DNA from: Desulfurococcaceae archaeon
GTDB lineage: Archaea > Thermoproteota > Thermoprotei_A > Sulfolobales > Desulfurococcaceae
Reading direction: 5' to 3'
NCBI GenBank assembly: GCA_038816475.1
Contig: JAWBAI010000001.1
Location: 139,031 to 203,030 of the forward strand
DNA: 64,000 bases
Below the pieces are notes generated by a model. The model was not told the origin of the DNA and made no database searches. It saw nothing but the letters and a program-made list of their open reading frames with translations. Made by a program: the position numbers and the translations under genes. Shown piece by piece: positions 56,526-64,000 of the stretch. Positions within the stretch are counted from its first letter, which is position 1, and each line of letters begins with the position of its first letter.

Positions 56526-59500
56526 GTGAACCTGAAAAGAATAGTATTAGGCGTAATCCTGGCAGTCTTAGTAGTATTCCCATCCGTGAGTTCATTAGAA
56601 CTCTTCGCGCAGAACACCTACAATGTGTCAACAGGGTTTGGAAGAGTATACGTAAGCCCTGTTCTACTGGAAGATAGCTACTGGCTTTATGGAGCCTACG
56701 TTGAAGACGAAGAGTTCCTTGTTTTAACAGGTCCTAGCGAGGAGTTCACCCTCGTTAACAACAACGAGATTGGAAGAGTAATCCTAGTTATGGATAAGTA
56801 TACACCGGTGCAAGTACTTAAAGGAAGAACCTCTGGTTTACTGGGAGTACTTCCAACACACGTTTACAACGTCGTCTACGCGGTTGTAACAAGGGATCAG
56901 CTCTACAACCTGCTTTACACACCCGGTGTTCTAGCAGTACTACCTGATATAAGAGTTGATGCTTTGATCAACAGGAACACCAGGATAATGCAGGAGCTAT
57001 TGGAGTATGAGCTTCAGTTCTACGAGGAGATACTTCAGGCGAGTTCGGGTGGATTCGACTACCACTACACCGTGAACATAACGGGAGCTAGGGATGTCTG
57101 GTCTGTGTTCAACATAAGAGGTGAAAACGTAACAATAGCAATAATAGACACAGGCGTTGACTACGGTTCACCAGGACTAGGACTAGACGCAATTGCCAGG
57201 GACGAGTTTGGTTTACCAATGGTATTCGACGCGAGTAGCCTTGGCTTAGTGTTAACACCCGTGGAGGCTGTTGTAGACGATGAAGGCTACATAACGGTGA
57301 ACGTATCGCAGTTGTACGTGTTTCAGCCACCATATTATGTTTGGAAATGGCCTAATCAGCTACTCGTAATGCTAACCGGTTGCAGGTCCTTCACAGCCTG
57401 GGTACCGTTCCCAGCGGATAACAGATGGCATGTCGGCAACATTGTACCACCGGGTAGCAGAGTTAAGTTCGGATTAGCGTTCCAGGACATTTCATTCGTT
57501 GTTGGAGAACCATCAAGACTCCGGATAACAGTGCCCGTGCTTGTGGTGGATAGCGATGGTGACGGGTTCTACGACACGGTGTACGTTGATACGACAACAG
57601 CGTTGAACTTAACGAGAATGGCTCTTGGACCAGCACCATGCAGTGTCGTAATACCTGGTAATCTCGGGCGAACAAGAGACTTCTCGTTTGCTGACGAGGT
57701 TCCCATTAGGTACGGAAATGAAGTAGTAGCCAGAGACCTTGATGGTGATGGGCTAAACGATGTGTCCTTTGGAACACTAGCTGGCTACGTCTACGACGCT
57801 GCCTTCGCCATTATCCTGGAGAAGCTGGGAATCTGGAGAGACTATGTTGTACCTCTACCACCTCTCTACGGATACCAAACAACAGCAATACTCGATATAC
57901 CTGAAGCATGGAGGTATGAACCCGTAGCACTAGTATGGCCTGGTCTGGATCCATACGGAGACTACGTTGTTCTACAGTACGATTACCACAGCCATGGAAC
58001 CTTCTGTGCTAGTACAGCTGCTGGAAGAGACTTCCTAGCTCAGACCGGTTACGGCGTTAAGAGTATTAGTGGACAAGCACCTGTGGCTAAGATAGCTTCT
58101 TCACCTGCACTATACTACGGTACAGTAGCTGTATCCGTGTACTTCTTCAGCGGATTCGACCTGGATACCCCCTACGGAGTAGGCTCTGTGTACATATGGC
58201 CAACACTACTGACCAACCCGTGGATAGCATTCGAGGGTTGGACGTGGAGCTGGGTTTACACAGGATACCACCAGGCTGATATAACAAGCAACTCTTACGG
58301 TGCGAGCGGATGGGCTCTCTGGGGATGGAACACAGGGTTGGATCCATCCAGCATAATATTCGACTACACAATACTAGTATCAGGTACACTGCACTTCGTA
58401 GCTGTCGGCAACGGTGGACCAGGCTCTGGAACCATAGCAACACCCGGTTCCTCAACACTCGCTGTAGGTGTTGGCGCGGCCACGGAGTTCACCTATAGAC
58501 CAGCATATGCGTACCACTGGCCTGGCTCCAGCAGAAGGATCATAAGCTGGAGCAACAGAGGACCAACAGAGCTAGGTGTTGTTAAACCCGATATTGCAGC
58601 TGTAGGAGCCTTTGCGTGGGCTACTGGTAGAACATGGGATGCACTCAACAATCTATACGTGCCGAGACAGCTTAGAGGCAATGGATCGTTCGCACTGTTC
58701 AGCGGTACAAGTCAGGCTACACCAATGGTTGCAGGTGCATCAGCACTAGTAGTCTCAGCTTACAAGGCAACACGTGGAGGTAGAATACCAGCACCACTGC
58801 TTAAGACCATTATCATGAACTACGCATACGACATGGGCTTCGACGAGATATCGCAGGGAACCGGTTTCGTAAACGCCTACGCAGCAGTTGAAGCACTTGT
58901 TAACAACTATCCACTAGTCTACTCAACTAGCATACTAGGAGACTTATTATCAGAAATGGGTGCAAGCCTAGAGTCCATAACTTACGGTGGAGTAGTCTCA
59001 GAACCCTACTGGTTTGAACCAAAGATATTCATACCAGCGATTAGACCTGGTACACTTGCTCGTAGACCACTCACAGTAGTTGGCTCCGGGTCGTACAGAG
59101 CCTACGCTGTTAGATTGGAAAAAGTAGCTGAAATACCACTATGTAACATTGTAACACTAAACATCAACCCACCGATAATCGTTGAATGCACTGGTGACCA
59201 GATCAACCTGAACATTACTGCAGCAACAGTGTACGGACACCTTGCGCTCAACAGAACCGTACTCGAGGAGTTCGACTTCTTCGAGATCGAAGTAGTATTT
59301 CCATTCGAGTACTTTGAAACCGGTGGTAGAACAGCCCCAATCAATGTTATCATACCCACGACTGTTCTTGAACTAGCATACTGGATTGACACAGGTGCTG
59401 ACGGTGTCTTCTCGTGGCTGGAGACAGGTAGAATATACTACGATATTAGAAGAGCAAACGCTGTTCGAATACAGATGAGCAGGCTCAGAGAGCAGCTGGA

Positions 59501-60749
59501 AGAAATCGAAAAGCTATCTAAGGTATACATGGGCGTTGACCCTGATCCACTACCAAAGCACGTTGTAGTAAGACTCGGTGTTTTAGGTGCAGCATTCAGA
59601 GGAATACTACCTGTGAGAGCTAGGCTTGTAGGATACAAGCTCGTGGAGTGGAGTGGTGTATCAGTCTCTCCATCAAGGTTCACGGTAACGAGCGGAGGCT
59701 CTAGAACAGTGAACGTGGTCGTTAGAGCACCCACTACACCAGGCTTCTACAGCGGTTACGTTGTTGTAGAGGAGACCACGAGAGGCTTCAAGTACCTTGT
59801 TCCAGTCTCGTTCTTTGTTCCAATAGAACTCAGAAGCACAACACCATTCACGCTTACACCATTCACCGAGACCACGGTTAGAAGAAATACTTATCTACGT
59901 GGAGCTTTCGACTACACTTGGAGATACGAGTCTGGAGACTGGAGAGTATTCAAAGTTGTAATACCACCAGCAATGAGGAGAATATGGGCACTTGGACTAC
60001 GCGTAACATGGCCTGTTCACGAGAAACCAGAGTTCGCAAGCAACATTGATGTACACTTCTACGGATTGTACACCTACTACATGGTTGATGCTGAAACCAA
60101 TAGAGTCTACACGTACACTGTAACAGGAGTACAGCTCGGAGCAGAGTTAACCAGAGACCCACAAGGTGGGGGTGGATACAACCCAGTTACGTTCTGGGAC
60201 TCCTACCTGCCAGGAGACTCCGTAATAGTAGCACCTGTCTCTGGTCCAGGTGTTTACCGCGTTGTTGTTAGAAACATACAGTTCCGCGGTGTATCCTACG
60301 AAGAACCATTCACTCTAACAATAACTCCAGTAACACTATCAACAAGCCTTGTCTACAGACCACGCACGAGAACAGCAGTGTTCACCGTGACAATAACAGC
60401 AGCAGACTCAATGTATCTACCATCATCAGTTTCAGTGTTACCGGACGGTGTCTACAGACCGTTGGACTCCGATGAAATGTACTACATTGAAGACCTATCC
60501 GCTCTTGGATTAAGCATATCCGTGGGAACACCAACAGAAACACCAACAACCTACAGAGTAACAGTAACAGTAGTACTCGGCGAGAACGTACCACTCGGAT
60601 ACTACATTGTACCACTAGATGCATCAATGAAGATGAAGGTAACAACAATTGGATGGATAAACGTCACAAGAACAGTATACTTCGAGTGGACAAGCATACC
60701 AATATACCTCAAATTCACAGTAACACAAGATCGAGTAACACCAGGATAA
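56526..60749 (+). CDS. Large secreted subtilase (S8), STABLE-protease-like
   Basis: Signal peptide; triad IIDTG (57147), HSHGT (57993), GTSQATP (58710); oxyanion VGNG; SNRGP..KPD; no C-terminal TM; TTTATAA promoter near 56483; likely start GTG 56526. Confidence 0.9.
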   Translation: MNLKRIVLGVILAVLVVFPSVSSLELFAQNTYNVSTGFGRVYVSPVLLEDSYWLYGAYVEDEEFLVLTGPSEEFTLVNNNEIGRVILVMDKYTPVQVLKGRTSGLLGVLPTHVYNVVYAVVTRDQLYNLLYTPGVLAVLPDIRVDALINRNTRIMQELLEYELQFYEEILQASSGGFDYHYTVNITGARDVWSVFNIRGENVTIAIIDTGVDYGSPGLGLDAIARDEFGLPMVFDASSLGLVLTPVEAVVDDEGYITVNVSQLYVFQPPYYVWKWPNQLLVMLTGCRSFTAWVPFPADNRWHVGNIVPPGSRVKFGLAFQDISFVVGEPSRLRITVPVLVVDSDGDGFYDTVYVDTTTALNLTRMALGPAPCSVVIPGNLGRTRDFSFADEVPIRYGNEVVARDLDGDGLNDVSFGTLAGYVYDAAFAIILEKLGIWRDYVVPLPPLYGYQTTAILDIPEAWRYEPVALVWPGLDPYGDYVVLQYDYHSHGTFCASTAAGRDFLAQTGYGVKSISGQAPVAKIASSPALYYGTVAVSVYFFSGFDLDTPYGVGSVYIWPTLLTNPWIAFEGWTWSWVYTGYHQADITSNSYGASGWALWGWNTGLDPSSIIFDYTILVSGTLHFVAVGNGGPGSGTIATPGSSTLAVGVGAATEFTYRPAYAYHWPGSSRRIISWSNRGPTELGVVKPDIAAVGAFAWATGRTWDALNNLYVPRQLRGNGSFALFSGTSQATPMVAGASALVVSAYKATRGGRIPAPLLKTIIMNYAYDMGFDEISQGTGFVNAYAAVEALVNNYPLVYSTSILGDLLSEMGASLESITYGGVVSEPYWFEPKIFIPAIRPGTLARRPLTVVGSGSYRAYAVRLEKVAEIPLCNIVTLNINPPIIVECTGDQINLNITAATVYGHLALNRTVLEEFDFFEIEVVFPFEYFETGGRTAPINVIIPTTVLELAYWIDTGADGVFSWLETGRIYYDIRRANAVRIQMSRLREQLEEIEKLSKVYMGVDPDPLPKHVVVRLGVLGAAFRGILPVRARLVGYKLVEWSGVSVSPSRFTVTSGGSRTVNVVVRAPTTPGFYSGYVVVEETTRGFKYLVPVSFFVPIELRSTTPFTLTPFTETTVRRNTYLRGAFDYTWRYESGDWRVFKVVIPPAMRRIWALGLRVTWPVHEKPEFASNIDVHFYGLYTYYMVDAETNRVYTYTVTGVQLGAELTRDPQGGGGYNPVTFWDSYLPGDSVIVAPVSGPGVYRVVVRNIQFRGVSYEEPFTLTITPVTLSTSLVYRPRTRTAVFTVTITAADSMYLPSSVSVLPDGVYRPLDSDEMYYIEDLSALGLSISVGTPTETPTTYRVTVTVVLGENVPLGYYIVPLDASMKMKVTTIGWINVTRTVYFEWTSIPIYLKFTVTQDRVTPG

Positions 60750-60785
60750 CACCTTTTTTATTTACACGATCCCCTTTGTTTTCTA
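60750..60785 (+). terminator. T-rich archaeal terminator after the protease gene
   Basis: CCTTTTTTATTT just after TAA, followed by CTTTGTTTT. Confidence 0.55.
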
Positions 60786-60904
60786 CTCAGCTTTTAACTC
60801 TACTCCTGGAGAAGCCTAGCAAGTCATTGAAATACTGACCCACAGGTAGACCATAAGATTTTTAACCAACCCCCTTGATCATATTCTATCGGGTGAATTT
60901 CACG

Positions 60905-63900
60905 GTGTCGATCAAGAGGAAAGCTCTACCCATAGCAATAGCTCTGATACTGTTAGTACCTTTACTAAACTACATGCCAATACTACAAACATCTCAACTT
61001 AGCCTTGAGGTTAGTCCAAGCACGGGTAGAGGACGATACGGAGAAACAGTAACTGTATCAGCATGTGGATTAAGACCAGGTGCAACAGTCACTGGAATAG
61101 ATTTCGTTAACGCTTATACAGAGCAAGTTTACTCCTTCACGGTGAACATACCTATAGATGAAACAGGATGTTTTACAGCGGATATTGTACTGGGTAACAT
61201 GTCCTATGGCTTGTACAGTGTAATAATCCACGAAGAACCACCCCAACCACCGGAACCCCTTGTAGCCTCCGGAATTATACAGCTTAACGAAACCAAGAGC
61301 GTAAATGTAAGCGCGCTTGAACTAGGAATAAACGCAAGTATTACAGCTACGCTTAGTGTAGAAGCCTACTGGGGTTACAAGAACTATACACTTGTAATAT
61401 CAACGGGTAATGCTACTAGTATTCTGTTCACAGCAGAAGACGGTGAAGTATACCTCTTAACAGTTTACCTTAACGGAGAATACGTGAAGTTTAGACTATA
61501 CGATAGAATGGGAGTAACGCTAATAGACTACGCGGATGTAGTACCTCAAATCGTTGATGGTAACTACACGGCTACATGGGAATTCAACAGAGCAGAACCC
61601 GAGGTACCTGGCTTATACAACAACAAAGCGGTTTACACATACGACTCTATAAACGACAGAGCTGTACTAGAACTGTACTACGGTGGAAGAAAACTAGAGG
61701 TTATATCAGCCTACCTAAGAATAGTGTACGAAAACCCGGATACCGGATACACCACAGAGTTTTACTACGAGTACCCAACCAACTTAACGTTCACTGACTA
61801 CGGAATAGAACCAGTAGTAACAGATCCCTGGAGGGATGCAGATGCAGAGTGGTATGCTGAGTTCACATGGGATGGTAGAACCGGTGAAGCAGTACTAACG
61901 GTACACGTAGAGTACCTGCCGAGAACTATAGGGTTCCCCGAGAAGTACAAGGTTGAACCAGTAGTATACATAGATGGTGAGCCCATAGAAAATGGTGAAA
62001 CCATATACCTCTGGACCGACTACGAGTACGTAGTAGAGTTCTACGGATTTACACCGGGAGAGAGCGTATTTGTGGAAATAGAAGGTACTACATACTATAC
62101 TGGTACAATTGATGTAGATGGAAACACATCCTTCGTATTCACAGTACCACTGAACATGCTTGAACCCGGTAAATGGTACACAGTTGAAATAACAGGGTAC
62201 TATACCGATGGGCTTGCAACATACTCATACACTGTGTACATAGTAGTATCGCATCCAGCTATATACATCGACGGAGTGTTTGTTCCAAGCAGTGGAGAAC
62301 TGGACCTTGGATACGTGTGCCCTGAATACTGCATTAACATAGAGGCACGAGGGTTCCCACCGGATTCAGTAGTTTACCTATACTTAAACGAGGAACTGTA
62401 TGAAGAATACTACGTGGACGAATACGGAAATCTAAATCTAGTTTATTACGTGAGCGAGCTACCGTATCAGTACAACACCTCGAACAAGCTGTTCATAAGA
62501 GTGATCTACAACAGCTTAGAGTACTCTGCTAACGCTACTTTCACCATTCCCGCTATCTACGTTGAAAACACCCTAGTAGAGTTTGATGGAGTGTACAATG
62601 CTGGCGTAATACCAGGTGCAAAGAAGATTACTGCAGAAGTATACAACTTCCCACCGAACACTATGATCGCCGTGTACTTGAACAATACCCTCGTGGACAC
62701 TTACTATACTGATGAGAACGGGTATGCATTGATAGTTCTTGACTACCACAAGAGCATGCTACCTGGTTCAACCGGAGAGTACAGGATTATAGCCACCTAC
62801 AATGGCTGTGTCTACGAAGTTAAAGTGATCTTTGAAATACAGAGAATAGAAGCGTACTTCAGCATCATTAATCCAATAACACTGGAGTATGTACAGGAGC
62901 CAAGGGGTTCAGCTGGATACTACAATGAGACCTTGATAGTTACACGTAACGGTGAACCATTCGATTACCTTGGTGATATCCTGGAGATCGTTGTCTTAGA
63001 GGGGTTAGAACCTGGAGAAAAAGTTATCGTTAGGCTTGTTGGACCAATCTCAATAGTAATATACGATGGTACAGCAGGTCCTGGAGGAGAACTATACCTC
63101 AGTCAAACAATTCCATCCATACCACATGGAAACTACATAGTGGAGATAAACCTAACAGAACGCGGCTACAGTATTCAAATCCCCTGGTATGCTGATGAAA
63201 CTAAAACAAGCTTCACAGTGCGCCCGAAGATCGTTGTTACAAGGTTAGATAGTTTAGAAGTTCCCGTAGTAGTTGGTAGTACAGCTGTAAGAGTTTTTGG
63301 TTCTGGTTTTGGCCCTGAATGGAGCGGATTCGTGGTGTTGTTGAACAACACGGATTCCATAGCATCGGTTAACTACCACTCGTACTTGTTCTGGACTGTG
63401 AACGAGTATGGTATACTAGTAGGACCCGGAGGTGCTCAACCGGGTATAACAGTTCCACTACTAGAACCTGGGGTTTACAGCATCACCCTGTACAGCAAGA
63501 ACTATGGAGTCATTGAAGCAGGCTACGTTTACGTAGTCAACGAGTTAGCCAACATAGCAACGAAAACAGATGTAGAAGAAATCATGAGCAAACTAGAAGA
63601 GATCAGCGCGGGGATCAACGAAGTACTCTCGAACCTTGATTACATTAAACCACTACTCGAAGAAGTAGCAATCAATGTAATACAACTGCTAGAACAGCAA
63701 TCTCAAGCAATTAGTCTGCTGCAAGAAATTATCTCCACAATGGCAACAAGAGACGATATACAAGAGCTTATGTCGCTGTTACTTGATGTTCATGACTCGC
63801 TGTACAGTAGAATAGATCAGCTTGAGGAATCGGTTGCCTATGCTCTTGCTAACCTAGAGAACAACTTACTAATGAGAATAGATGAGCTTGAGTCTTCGTT

Positions 63901-64000
63901 AGTAGAGTTGATCAACGCGAAGACTGCGTATCTCGAAGAGCTAATTGCAGATGTGAATACTACACTTTACGCTAGGATTGATGAATTAGAAACAACTCTA
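60905..64000 (+). CDS. Tetrabrachion-like S-layer glycoprotein (partial, runs off window end)
   Basis: TTTTTAA promoter (about 60859), GGGTGA SD, GTG start MSIKRKALPIAIALILLVP signal. The frame spans 1032 codons to the window end; I translated segments and its absence from the ORF track fits having no stop. Repeated G[FL]xP[GDN]..V beta modules, many N-x-S/T sites, coiled-coil stalk with 11-residue repeats. Confidence 0.85.
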   Translation, partial: MSIKRKALPIAIALILLVPLLNYMPILQTSQLSLEVSPSTGRGRYGETVTVSACGLRPGATVTGIDFVNAYTEQVYSFTVNIPIDETGCFTADIVLGNMSYGLYSVIIHEEPPQPPEPLVASGIIQLNETKSVNVSALELGINASITATLSVEAYWGYKNYTLVISTGNATSILFTAEDGEVYLLTVYLNGEYVKFRLYDRMGVTLIDYADVVPQIVDGNYTATWEFNRAEPEVPGLYNNKAVYTYDSINDRAVLELYYGGRKLEVISAYLRIVYENPDTGYTTEFYYEYPTNLTFTDYGIEPVVTDPWRDADAEWYAEFTWDGRTGEAVLTVHVEYLPRTIGFPEKYKVEPVVYIDGEPIENGETIYLWTDYEYVVEFYGFTPGESVFVEIEGTTYYTGTIDVDGNTSFVFTVPLNMLEPGKWYTVEITGYYTDGLATYSYTVYIVVSHPAIYIDGVFVPSSGELDLGYVCPEYCINIEARGFPPDSVVYLYLNEELYEEYYVDEYGNLNLVYYVSELPYQYNTSNKLFIRVIYNSLEYSANATFTIPAIYVENTLVEFDGVYNAGVIPGAKKITAEVYNFPPNTMIAVYLNNTLVDTYYTDENGYALIVLDYHKSMLPGSTGEYRIIATYNGCVYEVKVIFEIQRIEAYFSIINPITLEYVQEPRGSAGYYNETLIVTRNGEPFDYLGDILEIVVLEGLEPGEKVIVRLVGPISIVIYDGTAGPGGELYLSQTIPSIPHGNYIVEINLTERGYSIQIPWYADETKTSFTVRPKIVVTRLDSLEVPVVVGSTAVRVFGSGFGPEWSGFVVLLNNTDSIASVNYHSYLFWTVNEYGILVGPGGAQPGITVPLLEPGVYSITLYSKNYGVIEAGYVYVVNELANIATKTDVEEIMSKLEEISAGINEVLSNLDYIKPLLEEVAINVIQLLEQQSQAISLLQEIISTMATRDDIQELMSLLLDVHDSLYSRIDQLEESVAYALANLENNLLMRIDELESSLVELINAKTAYLEELIADVNTTLYARIDELETTL

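Noticed and set aside
972-63360. Numerous 60-190 aa ORFs antisense to or nested in real genes (e.g. 6365-6754, 18596-19081, 30272-30682, 51246-51821)
   Set aside because: Shadow ORFs of well-supported genes, often Ser-rich, with no motifs or SD sites
1-64000. CRISPR arrays, tRNA/rRNA genes, IS elements, inteins
   Set aside because: I saw no regularly spaced repeats, cloverleafs, transposase motifs or intein-sized insertions with splicing motifs

Overview
64 kb of chromosome from a hyperthermophilic crenarchaeon, most likely Desulfurococcaceae (Staphylothermus/Desulfurococcus-like). This rests on GGTGA Shine-Dalgarno sites, TTTATA/TTTAA promoters, class I LysRS, TiaS, the archaeal PoK/PPS CoA pathway and a tetrabrachion-type surface gene. 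Most of it is housekeeping: five aminoacyl-tRNA synthetases, tRNA modification enzymes, deoxyhypusine synthase, PCNA, pantothenate/CoA genes, MgtE and an mre11-nurA-herA-rad50 operon. I saw no tRNA, rRNA, CRISPR array or intact mobile element. Signals missing from the ORF track: (1) a >1030-aa ORF running off the right end that looks like a tetrabrachion-type S-layer protein (Ig-like repeats, beta-layer motifs, 11-residue coiled-coil repeats), directly after a giant STABLE-like subtilase; (2) three box C/D sRNAs, one pairing with both the 16S 5' helix 1 and the 570 region; (3) two promoter-bearing K-turn RNAs, one H/ACA-like and one with an architecture I do not recognise; (4) a frameshifted, decaying trm14; (5) possible toxin-antitoxin relics. 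Notable among listed ORFs: a ribose-1,5-bisphosphate isomerase coupled to an eIF2B-like paralog lacking the catalytic residues, and a secreted protein whose C-terminal domain patterns like leukocidin/alpha-hemolysin. All homology calls come from motif recognition by eye, not from database searches.
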